Origin: Syncephalis fuscata S228
Lineage: Eukaryota; Fungi; Zoopagomycota
DNA: 64,000 nt
NCBI GenBank assembly: GCA_025786725.1
Contig: JAHLTZ010000048.1
Location: 1 to 64,000 of the forward strand
Reading direction: 5' to 3'
Shown here: one piece after another, positions 38,871 through 52,330 of the stretch
Layout: every line of letters starts with the position of its first letter
Numbering within the stretch: position 1 is the first letter of the stretch
Notes under the pieces: model-generated
Database searches by the model: none
What the model was told of the DNA's origin: nothing
What the model saw: the letters and a program-made list of their open reading frames with translations, nothing else
Translations under genes and position numbers: made by a program

Positions 38871-39379
38871 TTTATATATGTTAGACGTAATAAAGGCGGT
38901 AAAAGGATCAAAGAGATGAGAATGAATCAAGTTCAAGTAAAAATCTTGAAAAAGAAGAAAAAACAAAATATTTTTAAGTGAAAAGAGATTAACACAAATC
39001 CACCCACATAAATTAATAAGTAGGAACTATTTTACCTTGGCTCTCACATTTTTATTTACTCATTTCACCATCACTTTCTTATTATTATCTATCTCTATTA
39101 TAATATATATACGTATGTTGAATATAACAATATAAATAGCATCGTATTTACATCATAAAAACATTTTCAGTCCCTAATTTTATTTCTCTTATTTACAAAC
39201 ATCTGTTCAAGTAACCTCAACGCATGCGTATATTGCATATGGTGGATGCCATTTGCTTCATCAATGGTTGGCAAATAAACTGCGCTACCAAGTTGATCTC
39301 AAGAATGCTCAAGAGCGTGGTGAACATCAGAAATGCTAGTTTTTTACCTTTTTGTCACCATAACGAGTATATTACATCG

Positions 39380-40740
39380 CAAATATGCAAAAATACAATA
39401 CTAGAAGATAGAAAATAGAAGAGACCATTCAGATGCAATAATCCATGCGATACGTAGATACAACAACTGCAAACGATGGGAAATTGCAATTATATGGCTT
39501 CTATTAATATTTGATCAATTTTTCTACACATGGCCAACAACAATGATCGGCCTCGTGGATTTCAAAGTAGTTAAATGAACATTATAACTATGTTGTTTAT
39601 ACTAATATACGACTTTAATTGGAACGAATTTTGCTTTGAGGACCTCAAATGTAAAAGTCAAAATACAATTCAATCTTATGATAACAAGTGTTGTTACACT
39701 GATAGCAAACAATTTATTAACAATTTAGTGTGATTTGGGGGTCAAATAGTTATATTTGACAATATTCGCGTAATTAACTACATTTTCGTTCTATTGAACA
39801 TGAGGACAAGTGGTGAGTTTTATTTAATCGTCACATTATCACATTTATTGCTTTTTAGTAGTCAAATGGCTATTTTTAATAACATTCAATCTATCGAACA
39901 TGATGGTGAGTGGCGAATGACATCAATTATCAAATACTCATCAATGTAATTCGTTATCCAGTATGTATATAGCATCACAGTATGTGTTATTACTATGTAT
40001 ACCCGTCGCCTTGCTTGATTACCACTAAAATCATAACTAATCAGCATAATCTAATTTATTTATAAATAACCTTAATAAAACATAACCCGTTTATATTCAT
40101 ATTATTTGTTCTATTAATATAACTTAGTGGGCAAACTAAGTACGATAAGTCAATTTTATTAATAAAAGAGCTGAACATACAGACAACGGCTGTATACAGC
40201 GTATAGCCAATATATAGTAAAATGATAAACATTGTAATGAATAGGCAATATTGAGCGAGACTAGCAATGTTTAATAACTTGAACATATATGCATGAGCAG
40301 ATGGCCGACATTAGTCGACATTTATTATTAATAAAGCTAGAACAAAAATAAAAACAGTTTTCAATACAGAAAGCCTATGCGAGTATAGAATGATACATCA
40401 AATGATAAATATACGGTAATAAAGCATATAAAACGATGTTAAAGTTATAGTGCATATAATGCAATGAGTGGAATGAGTGAAGTGTAATGAAACATATAAA
40501 CAATAGAATATGTCTAATATGTCGTAGAATGATATATAGTAGTGTGGGTATATTGAAACTGATATAGATAAATAGAGTATATGTGTATACTGGATAAAAA
40601 ATCTATGATGATGAGTATTTTAGATCCTGATGCAAATTACTCCTAGTTTCATTTTCAATAGAAAGAAAGTTTAAGTTGAATGTGTAAATATTATTAAATA
40701 TATTAATTTGGCCCTAAATCACAATAAATTATTAATGAAT
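39380..40740. repeat. Mosaic of diverged repeat modules with inverted arms (~39890-39970 and ~40520-40660)
   Basis: Matches the left module of the 1.06 kb repeat (39380-39680) and the 170-905 module. aaatactcatca/tgatgagtattt and ttatccagtat/atactggataa form inverted pairs. Confidence 0.65.
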
Positions 40741-42330
40741 TGTTCAATGTACAAAAAGAATGCTTATTTTTATTTAATTAATAAATAATGTAATATATAC
40801 AATCTATAAATTGAATGACATTGTACATAAAAAGACTGAAAAATTGAAAAATAATAAGGAATTGCTTAAGTGGTAAATAAAAGAAAGAATAAAATCAATA
40901 GTATAAAATTAAATATATTCATAGAACAATGTCAACAGTAAAACAATAAATGTAATAAGAATGACAAACAACAAACAATAAAGACAAGTATATTCATAGA
41001 ACAATGCCACTAGTAAATAAGAAGGATGGATATTAATGCATAAACAAATGTGATTATTTTAGAACATGATATTATAATTGACAGCTAAGCTTTTAAGCAT
41101 TAGATTTAGTATATAAGCAACAGTGTTTATTGTGAATGATGATTTAAACACAAATAAGTCTAATCAACTCATTACGATCGATTGCATAAAAAGATTTATT
41201 GCCCTGAAAAATACAAAGTAAATTTTCAACCAATTTAATAAATTCAAATTTAAATATTAAGTGAAAAGAGAAATTGTAATAAAATGAGTTCAAATGACAA
41301 ATGGTAATTTCAATATAAATCAATTTAATCGACTTGTCAATTATTCAAGTCTTTATGGTTAATCTCGTGAAATAAGCAACTTATTTGGCATTTTTGGCAA
41401 AGTAATATTTGGTTAATAAAAAAAAATAAAGGTTACTTTTGTTGTATTTCATTACATTTATACAATAAAAATAATAATTACATTAATTTAAGAATTGGTC
41501 AGGGCAGTCAGGGATTAAGAAAGCTATATATTTTATTGATAATATTTGATATTTTTTTATATAATGTTTTCTATGTAATGCCATATCAACACTTGGACAT
41601 TTAGTAGGTGAATTCTGGATTTTCATAGTATTAAGAATTGTATACCATAATGATTGTATTTTACGACACACTTTTTAAAAGCTGTACAGTATGAATACTG
41701 TTTTGGATTACTCATCTCAACAAGTTGATATAAAAATAAAAAACAAGATGTAGATTGTAAAAAACACGGAAATACAAGCTGTAAAGACACAGCAAAACAT
41801 TCAAATAATATTTATTGCTGGTGTTTGATATTTTGTTTATTATGTATACTTTACTAGTGATTTTATATAGTTGGTCAAAAAAGAAAATTGACCAGTGAAG
41901 AAAATTTGCTAATAAGCGGGTTAAACAGGAAGGACGCTGGCAAAGGGAGTCCTATGCCAAACAAAGACATTTCTAATGAGAATGTTTATCTAATTGTAAC
42001 ATGTAGCGATAACGCTACTCAGATAAAATGTACAATTTACCAAGGTAGTGCAAAGGTAACGGAGAATCAATGCTGATTTTTTACTAATTTCCTTTTTAGG
42101 AAATTGCCAAATAAATAATTATTCCACCCATTTATTATTACTAATTTCAGCTATAAAGTAGCTGTAATTACACGCTATTGAATAAAACATTAATTCGTTT
42201 CCTGTGCACATTTAGGCCACATCTTGTAGAAATTTAAGTTTATTTTAGTTATAAATTTTATACGTTTCAAGTACATTGTTGAATCAGTAATACTGAAATA
42301 TTATTGCTGCTGTTATTGTTGCCTTTACCA

Positions 42331-43961
42331 ATGTTGCCTCATTCAGTGATTCGTCGAACTGTTCAACATATAAGTCTACGCCAGAATGTAGCGCGGTATT
42401 TTGGCACTGCACCATCGCCCGTTTCAACAAGCCAGCTTGCATTTGCGTTTGATATTGACGGTGTACTTGTAAAGGTATGATATAGTATAAATTGAATAGG
42501 CCAATACTGACAATAGTAATGCAGGGCAGTAGAGTATTACCACAAGCACTAAATGCACTCAAGTTTGTTAATGGAAACAATCCGCTGGGCGTGTAAGTAT
42601 TAATTTATTACACAAGTCATACAGCATTAACAGTGGTGGTCAGTCAGTTGCCCTACATTCTTTTAACAAATGGTGGAGGTGTAACTGAGGTGGAAAAGGC
42701 AAAAGAACTAACGGAAAAATTTGATATTGAAGTAAGAAATACGCATATGTTGATCGGTATACTAATAGCGTTGTAGATATCGGCTAAGCAATTGGTGTTG
42801 GCCCATTCTCCGATGCGTTCGTTGGTCGACATATACGGCGACAAGCGTATTCTGGTGGTGGGTGGTGAGGGCGAGTCTTGTAAACGAGTAGCACATCAGT
42901 AAGTTAAGTGATAACAATAATGGCCCAGCTCGCTAACATATGATAAAGATATGGATTCCAGCATGTTGCTCAGCCTAATGACATCTTTCGTTGGAATCCA
43001 TCTGTTTGGCCATTCAAGACAACACATACATGGTTGCCTGATGTAGGAAGTTATTTACTATTTGTATTTGCGTATTAATTTAGCATAACTATCATTAGGA
43101 AAATATTGATTTTACCAAAGAACCTATTCATGCTGTTATGATGTTTCACGATGGACGAGATTGTAAGTGCTAAGCTTGTAAATATAAATTAGTATAGTTT
43201 ATTTACAATGAATATCTAGGGGGTACAGAGCTACAAGTAGTCATGGATGCCTTATTGGCAAAAGATGGCTACATTGGCACGCAACGGTCGGCCAATGACC
43301 AGAGTCCACAGATACCGCTCTATTTCTCAAATCCAGACCTGGTAAGTAGCTGAAATATCTAGCTTTGTACCCAATTTAAATATGTAATAGCTATGGAGCA
43401 ACGATTATCCTGTAGCACGCTATGGCCAAGGTGCATTTCGTGTTGCTTTAGAAGCATTATATGAGGTATCTAGTAGACAATATTTTGTTAAATAATATTA
43501 AATGGGTATAAATTAATTAAATAGAGAATAACTGGAAAGAAATTAGAATACACTTTATTTGGCAAACCAGAAACAGTTACATATCGATATGCAGAACAGC
43601 TATTACGCCAACAATTACCTATGCAAGATTTATCTATAAAGCCATTGCATGTTTATGGTAAGTAGCTAATTAATTTATAATAGATAATATTACTTATTTG
43701 CGCTATATCCAGCTATTGGAGATAACCCAGCTTCAGGTAAGTAGCAAAGTGTTATAATAGTAGACATTACGAACTGCGACTTACGTATTATGATCAGATA
43801 TTGCGGGGGCTCGTAAATATGGATGGAATTCGATATTGGTACGAACCGGTGTTTTCCAGGGACAGGATAATGACGTCAATCATCCGGCAACTCATGTTGC
43901 AGCTCATGTTGATGATGCCGTACAATGGGCATTTGAGCGTGAAATGACAGGCAAACAATAA
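42331..43961 (+). CDS. HAD-superfamily class IIA hydrolase, CECR5/HDHD5 type, with mitochondrial presequence
   Basis: AFAFDIDGVLVKG, YILLTNGGG, LAHSPMR, YFSNPDLLWS, RYGQGAF, FGKPETVTYRYAE, IGDNPASDIAGARKYGWNSILVRTGVF. Confidence 0.92.
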
Positions 43962-44255
43962 AATCATGCTTAGCAAACACTAATCAAATAAACGCATTAT
44001 GGACATTTATGAAAATGATGCCAAGCTAGGCACAGCTTGCATTGAATTATATTTCTAACGGCAGACATATCAGAATATACAAATATTTCTTAAAAGTTGT
44101 CACTTTCAGCATTCAGAGTAATTGCAAAATTCGTTGAAAAATTGTTTTTATTTTGTATACATATTAATAAAAGCAATACGCTTATATTAGAGTGTAACAG
44201 CTTGTAATATAACCAAAGTTTACATCACTAATTATGATTGTAGCTAGTAATTGTT

Positions 44256-44723
44256 TCACATTATAACTACAGTACATGACGGATCATTGGGAATACATCC
44301 TGCTCGGGCAAGCAGATCACTTCTTGATACAACCACTTCTCTACGTGGAACAGCTCCTAGTGGAATTACTGTATATCCCATATTAACGAATGGATTGCCA
44401 ATATATCTGGGTGGCATACCTTGTATAGCATTGACTCCTGTTGTATAGAATGGGTCGTTGTTGCTAAATGATCCTTGGTTAGATCCGGAGGAAATAGGCT
44501 TAATAACATCATCAACTGAGACAACGCCGTTAAGTTGGCCGTTTCTAGCTACGGACTTGGCTCCCAAATCAAATATATCCTTTATATTTTCTGTTCTACG
44601 TTGGCCATTTTCTCCCATCATGTATCCAACTGCCACGGAATCGGAAAATGCCACGGGCCTAGCCTTGACAGTGTCAACCAGAAGGGCGGCAAGTAAGCCA
44701 AATAATCCAACTTTAAAATTCAT
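44256..44723 (-). CDS. Small secreted protein, 155 aa, single exon, unknown function
   Basis: Signal peptide MNFKVGLFGLLAALLVDTVKA. Two C-terminal cysteines (GCIPNDPSC). Confidence 0.75.
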   Translation of the reverse strand: MNFKVGLFGLLAALLVDTVKARPVAFSDSVAVGYMMGENGQRRTENIKDIFDLGAKSVARNGQLNGVVSVDDVIKPISSGSNQGSFSNNDPFYTTGVNAIQGMPPRYIGNPFVNMGYTVIPLGAVPRREVVVSRSDLLARAGCIPNDPSCTVVIM

Positions 44724-45789
44724 AGCGCAAATAATTCGTAAAAAGGGTTTAATGAAATACTATTGTAATGGCGTTGGTTAAATAACAACTTTCAAGATTT
44801 TAATCAATGCCCGACCGTTTCAAATACATGACGATTGCTTAAAGCGTCAATTTAACTCTATACTCCGAACAGTAATTTAGGCAATGTATAATTGCACTAT
44901 CTATTTTTGAGCAGTTCCCACAGTAAATACAAATATAGTATTTTTAAATTTGATGGGACCTTTATGGCTTAAAAAAAATGTTTGTGCGCTGTGGAGAACG
45001 CAAGGAATTCTGCTAGGGCCATAATCGTTTGCTACCAATAGAATAAGACTCTGTTTGCTGTAGCAAGAAAACTTGGCATTCTAGAATAGACATTGCGATA
45101 AGAAGATAAAAGAATAGGTTATGTTTATTGCAATGGGGAAATTAGAAAAATACACCGTTTTTTAAATTCAAATATTTTTATTAAATATCTTTATAAAATA
45201 ACTACATCAATTTTTTATTTTTATAGCATAAATACACAATACTATTACTCAAATAATAATGGAAAATAATAGCATCTGCTAAGCATTGCAATTGTTAGTG
45301 TATATTAAATAATTAAATATGTACTTAATACTTCTACTTGTACATCTGTTGATTTTACATTTGAGAAGTTAGCAACATCATTTGTAATATATTTAGCGAT
45401 AGACTTAATAGTATCATTACCAAAATCATATGAACAGCCATTAAAATGCTTAATATTGCACTGGTTAATCTTTACTAGGCCAGTTTTCTGCTTTCTGGTA
45501 GTCAAAACAAACTGACATTTGTTGCTGAAACAATCTTTATGAGACAAAAAAGCTGTAATCTTGAATCATTATTTTTTTTCTTAAAATTGCAACCGTTAAC
45601 AAGCTTAAACTCGTCAACAGCGGCCCTTAGTTTTTCAAAAATGTATTTTAATAATAAATTTAAAAATTTAAAGAAATTTATTATGGTGAAATTTAAAAAC
45701 AATGTATTTTTTAATTTTCCTTATTGCAATAATAAAAATTTGATTAATAGTTGTATTAGTATCTGTCTATATACACACACACACACACA

Positions 45790-48700
45790 CTATTGTGCTT
45801 CAGATTCAGGTTCCGTCACGCTTTTTAAATGTCGTACCCATTGCCAGTGAAAATTGGCCACTTCCACTTTGAAGCGGTGTTCTTTTCCAGAAGCAGTAAT
45901 AATGACAATTTCGTCTTGAGAAGCCTCAATGGTTGCTTTTTCTAGATTAATTCGACTTTTATATTCACGTTTGCCGTCGGCTAAATCTTCGTGACTAGCA
46001 AAAGATCGTTAAACAAAAAGCACGTCCTAGTTTCGGATTTCCCAAATGGCGTGCCCGAATAACATAATGCACCTTGATATACAAGGTAGCGATCGGGCGT
46101 CACTAGAGTAAAATCGTTATATACTAAGAGCAATGAATCTGGGCAACATCTTCCTGCTGCTGGACAACTCGAAGGCTATAGCACTCAATTATAAGTAATG
46201 TAGTATTAGTGTGGTAACAACACTTACATTTGTGTGTATTCGTCGTTTAAGCACTGGATCTTTACCGAGCATCGAACAATCAATAAATACTCGGGATCGT
46301 ATGGTTGGTATAGATCGACCATTTTTTGCAAAAAGTTATGGTAGCGTAGGATGCAGTCTTAGGATGGGCCAAGAAAGCACGCACGTTGAAATGATCCGAA
46401 CTTGACTCGCATTCCTATAGCAACTGTTAGCATCGTATATCATTGTATTAATTGGCTATTTACCTTAAGTATACGCCGAAAGTGTTGATTGCGCTTTTGT
46501 AGTTGATCAAGCATGCAAATAGCTGCTGGATAGCTGCGTAGATAATCAAAATGAAAATACAGTCCTTTATACTATATACACAATGTAAATAAACAAAAAA
46601 ATCACCGTAGTATACTTACATGCTTGGCAAATGCATCAATGGCATCTTCAATTGTACCGGAATAGCCGTGATTATCGGCACTGTAACATGACAATGTAAG
46701 CTATTACTATTCTGCATTGATGCTGATAAACAATTACCTTTTTCCAAATCCATTAGCAATTGCTCGTGAACTGGTAGCAACTTTTCAACTGTACCAAATA
46801 CAGCAGAGATATCTTTATCACTAAATGATCTGCCAACATAGATACCAGGCTTCTTTGCAGCTTGTCGAAGCGGAGTAATGAACTCACGCTTTAATAGTCG
46901 TAACATACGAACAAACTTCTGTTCGCTCTTGAGGAGAGTCAAAAGAGACGCACAGCGTTCATTTTCCAATCGCTCCAATTCTAATAACAAAAATTCGTAC
47001 ATTATATTAATAATCTATTTTTTGTACACTCAGTCGCTCTATCCTATTACCTTCTTCGTCTTCATTTAGCCATGAATCACGGAAATTACCAAGAGCATCG
47101 ATAAATGCCCGATAATCCTCTTTCAATGCAGCTGACGGTGGACACGACCTTGTGCAGCCGACCATTCTTCCTCTGAAAATGTGTGATTCATTTCCGTTGA
47201 TACAACTGATGCAGGCGCATCTTTTGTAACTTCAACATCTAAAAATGACGAAGTGATAACCGATATTGGTCTTTCGCTAATGCCACTATTAATAGTAGAT
47301 GGTGAGCCTATCTTTTGTAATGACTGTAAAAGATTCGGTGATAGCTGCATATAGGCTAAAGTGGACGTGTCAGGTGTATCGGTAGTGGGTGACATCGCTA
47401 ATGTATTGATACTTTCGCGTCGTTTCAAACTTTCCGCACTAGCGATACTCTTAGTAATATAGGCGCGTCGATTCTTAGCCAGTGTAGATGCACACGATGT
47501 ACGACGGCTTCTATCGATCTGATTTGAAAAGCTTGATGATTGCACATTAAAATCATCAGATTCCTCTCCAATAAAAGGCAATGGAGGTGAATCCATCTGA
47601 CTGTTCATAGTACCTTTCCTTGATCTTGATGGACGATTTGCATCATCAGTACTATTACGTGGCTGATTTTACATGTTGATTTTATTATAAAACACGTCGT
47701 TAAATAAACAGTTTTAGTTTATATAATAACAACTTACCGCTTTGCCCTTTTTATCACGTTTCTTTTTACTGGCTGTTGTGGTGGTATTTATGTTAAGTGG
47801 GCTACTCATAATCACCATAACATTTTCCTCAACAAACTTTGCGTTTTTTGATTGAGATGTTTTAGAGCTGCGCTTTTTGCGTGAATATGTGCTGGATTTT
47901 CTACCCTTTGTATTATCGACACCATCATTGCTATCATCGCTTGTCTAATGAATGTACATGATTAGTTAGGCAACTAAGTAGTTAGAGTAATTGTACGTAC
48001 TGTAGCCAATTCTGTGTGCTCATTTATGGCATTCAAGTCCGCCCTACTTTTATTACGGCTTTTCTCTAGTTTTCGTCTGGAATCTTTAATATCGGATTCA
48101 GACGCTGTGGCACGCAGCTGCTTTGGTTCCTTTGGGCCTAAATAGTTATATCAATTAATTAGATGCATTGAATGCCGATGACATGTATAACTTCCTACCA
48201 AAAAACAGCTGTTTAAACGTTGACCGATTGCCAATTTGTGTCAATGTCGGATTGGTGACGGACGAATCATTGGATGCTTTGGTGGTGGTGGTCTATAATA
48301 ACGAATTAAATTAAAACATAGATGACAACTAAATTACAAAAATACTTACGTCTTTATCTTGCATTACAATAGTTGTTTCTACACTTTTGATAAGCTACCA
48401 TATCATTGTTGAAACTATGGCTTACCTGATTGGTGATTTGATGAATAGATGCTATGTTTGGGAAAAGCTAAAGATAGTAGTTGGGCGGTATTAATTTCGG
48501 TAGGCGGTATTATGGTTGTATTGCTGTAGCAAGTCGTGGCAGATACATCTGACCACGCACGAGCTCGGTTGCGAACCTTCAACGACGCTGGTTCGCTTTG
48601 ATGCGGTAATAAATCGGGATAGGGTGTAAAAGATGTAGGTGTGCGAAGTAAAGACTGATCTGGACTAACGGCATCTTGAGATGATACGTCAAGTAGATCG

Positions 48701-48840
48701 GTTGCTCTATCGCTGGTAATCAACGAATTACGCGGAACAGTAGAAGACAATTCAACGGACACTCTATGTCCGCCTTCCTCGCCCTTCCTATGCTCATTAA
48801 GTACCTCGCTCACCATCACAGATAGTGGGGCGTTGTTCAT
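45790..48840 (-). CDS. Dbl-homology + PH domain RhoGEF with long disordered N-terminus (at least four apparent 1-nt deletions)
   Basis: LLKSEQKFVRMLRLLKREFITPL...VFGTVEKLLPVHEQLLMDLE, FLAHPKDCILRYHNFLQKM...YDPEY, PH motif RTCFLFNDLLLVT...WQWVRHL. Confidence 0.78.
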
Positions 48841-49730
48841 TGTAAATAATTGCTAACAACAAAAGCCGGCTAATCAGCTGATTGATTTAATCGAACAATA
48901 GGCTATAGCAACAATTAAAAAGCCGATAGCTGTTTATAAAGAATTGGTTCTAAGTTTGCGAATAAGAGACGAATGCTTAATGTAAAAGGCCAGTGATAAA
49001 GAAGACCAGCGATGCGTTTGCTTGAAGAAGAAGCACAGAGTAAAGCGTTTTGCTTTCCTGTGGCTTAAAATGAAATGACTATTAATGAACAGAACCGATC
49101 ACGTTGAAAGTTCGAAGCGTGCAATATCAGGTTTATATCTAGTTGACCGGTTCGAACAACTGTATGAACGCTGCTGCATCTGTGATGCATCTGTTCAGCA
49201 TCCAGTGTTGCCAATAGGACTGTGTGTTTCACATGGCCATTTGATATCCAAAACCGACCAATCAACAGATATAGTTGGTCACATAGTTGTTGCCCTCAAG
49301 GCACAACCGGTTCATCAAGTGGAATCAATAACATCAATCTATCTATTCTATTCCCCCGCACCACGCCAAAAGTGTGTTGTTAATAAACTAAAGTTACGCT
49401 AATAGTACAGCAAATAAAGTAGCATATCACTCATTACTATTACTCTTATGGATTAGGAGTAGATAGGATTGATAGTCGCTATCTAGTTGTTATTACAGCT
49501 GCATTCGTGGTTGTTTAGATACCGCAATTAGCAATGTCATGTATTGCAAAACAATAAATATAACAGCCATTTTCATAGATACATGATACATGCCAACAAT
49601 GTTACTAAGGAATACATTTGCAACAGCAATTAGCCATGATGCACATTGGCAATATAAGTGGGCTAAAAGGGCAACGCTGCCCCTTGTTCTTACTCTTGTC
49701 TTTACTTTCTACCGCTACAAAGTTTGTAAC

Positions 49731-51417
49731 ATGATCATATCGTTTGAACAACCTCAAAAAGGTATTGCTATGACTAATAACGAGGCCAAAAACGCCGTCT
49801 GGCTTAGCATCGTTGCCTACCCCTCATAATTAGCGATACTAACACATGCGTAGAGTGTGGTGAATTCACCGAGCTTCCATCCACTAATAAAGATGCGGAT
49901 ACTCGCAAAACATGCTTTATTTGTTTGGAAAAGCTAGTCAAGTCTACACAACTTGTAGACGGCCACGTTGGGTACTCAGGCCCCGGACTACCTTGTCAGT
50001 CGCTTAAATGTGGCCATACTTACTGCACGCCATGTCTTGCAACTTATCTGAAGATTAAGTTACGTGGCTTTAGCAACCCCTTTCCGCTCTACTGTCCTCA
50101 GTCGAACTGTCCGTGTGAGGTAGCCGACAGCCAGATTGTCGATATCTTATCGGGTTCTGACTATGATCTATGGAAGAGCAAAAGGGCCGAGAGTGATATG
50201 CGCAATAAAGTACTACTAATCAATGAAATGGATAGCACTACTAATGATAATGCTTATAGATCTATTGTCCAAACAAGAGATGCAGCATTCTAATCGATAT
50301 CAATGCTATCTCTAGTATTGATGGCAGTTTGACCATGTGTTCTAGCTGCCATCATGCCATTTGTATTCACTGCAAAGTTCTTTGGCACAACGGTAAAATA
50401 CATTATGCCATTATTACAGGTTATTTACCATTTCTATATAATTATACTGGCCATTTAGGATATTCATGCAAGCCTATGAAAAACTAGAGATGCACGGGGA
50501 GAGTAACGAAGACAGTGCTGTTTTGTATATGGCAACAGAAGAGAATTGGTGCCGCTGTTTTAATTGCAAAACACTAATTGAATTAAAAGAAGGCAGCAAT
50601 CATATTACATGTCGATGTGGCACTCAATTGTAAGTTAGCTATATTTAATTTAATAATCGATTGATAGTTATATAATATCTAGATGTTATCGATGCAATGG
50701 ACCATGGGACAGTTTTTCTCGTCAATGTGGTAGACATCAATGTCCTTTATGGGATAAAGAAGTGGCCAAAAACGAACAACGCTGTGATCAATTAAATAAT
50801 GGCAGTTCAACGAATGCTATTTTGAATGTCACGATAAACACTAATAGTAGCGATACAAAGATAGACATACCAACAAAAGTAGTAGAGACAAGTGTATCTA
50901 CAAAAAATAGTGTTGATAGAGAATTACAGCCACAAACAACTCTACCAGAACCCATAAAAGAACAACCTAAAGCTTTAAAACAACAGTTCCAGAGTTTTAT
51001 CCATGCATGTATTGCACTAAAGTTTTCGTTTCTATGGAAACACTTAATGCCCACATGGATAATACTCAACAGCACAGCGTTTATCGCTGTTGTGGTGCGA
51101 TATTTCCAAATCTTGCTACTATGGAGTCACATCAGGTTGAAGCAAAATGTCAACCAAAAAACTGTATCAACATTCGACCTGAAATTAAGATATCAGATGT
51201 ACGTAATGGCTCGACTAAAAACCGTCGCGACTGGTTTTACAACAAAATTATTCTGCTTCAATGCTGTTACTGTTCAGTAAAGTTTTCTTCGCCAGAAGCA
51301 CTAGAAACCCATCTTCGTACGACAACCAGTCACAACGTTTATTACTGCTGCAAACGATTCTTCCTTGATAAATCGTCTATACAACAACACCGAAAAGGAA
51401 GCACATGCAAGAACTGA
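49731..51417 (+). CDS. RING-IBR-RING (RBR) protein with C-terminal C2H2-type zinc fingers; RING2 catalytic Cys replaced by Ser
   Basis: RING1 CFIC...CGHTYCTPC...CPQSNC. IBR YCPNKRC...CSSCHHAICIHCKVLWH. RING2 CFNCKTLIELKEGSNHITCRCGTQLCYRC. Fingers CMYC..H, CCYC..H. Needs +1 nt at ~50470 and ~50997. Confidence 0.85.
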
Positions 51418-52330
51418 TGACCAAGCTTAAAGCAGTAGCTAAAGACTAAGTTTCATCATTGTTTATATCGATTGATTGAAATGATCTACGCGATTTAAAT
51501 AAATGAATATCAATTTAGTACTTTATAAAATAACATTGACTCTATCTAATTTAATTTGTATATTATCATTTTACTTTTATTAATGTGCTGTATTATTTTT
51601 CATTAATAATAATAACATTGGTTTATTTATCTGCTATAACATACTATTTAAACAAATACGGTTTAATGCGATATAGATTTGTTTACCTTTACAAGTCTTT
51701 ATCAATATTGAATAAACACATGCACCAAATGAAATTGATATGATAGCTGCAATTTGAATACTAATTCATAATAAATAAATAATAATACTCTTGTCGAAAT
51801 ATAGAATGCGTATTTTACGCTATTATTATATCACTTAATAGTTTGCTACTACGAAGCATAACAAAACAATATATACATTTAGTGTTATTAATTGTTAATT
51901 ATTTAGTATTAATTTGTGTTAATCCAGCATAGTGACTAATTCATAATAACTATTAATTAATAAATTATGTTTGATTAATTCGAAAAAGACTGATATCTAC
52001 GTGTTTATTCATTATCGTAAATAATGTGGAAATAATATGAAGCTGAATCGATTAACATTCAAACAATCAATGTAAAGTATGAATAGTAAACGATTGGTGT
52101 TATTATCGGAACATTACGGATAAAAGAAGGCAAGGTAAAGGCGAGTAACAAAGACCATGGTTGTAAAGGATTTCCGTAGAACATGGAAAGGGAGGAGGAT
52201 GAAGAAAGCTAATAAACAATACGACTAGCTTGCAATAACTATCTGGCATAATCTAATCAATTGACCAGATAGATAGATGGAGGATAGACAAATAGATAGA
52301 CAAGTAAACGAGTAAATAAGTAATCAATGT

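Noticed and set aside
44575-44583. ATATCCTTT, resembling a U12 5' splice site
   Set aside because: It lies on the antisense strand of the secreted-protein ORF (IKDI codons), with no plus-strand gene here.
49085-49402. B-box-like GGTTCGAAC at ~49149 and a 105-aa ORF
   Set aside because: No tRNA cloverleaf or T-stem pairing. The ORF has no recognisable domain or splice support.
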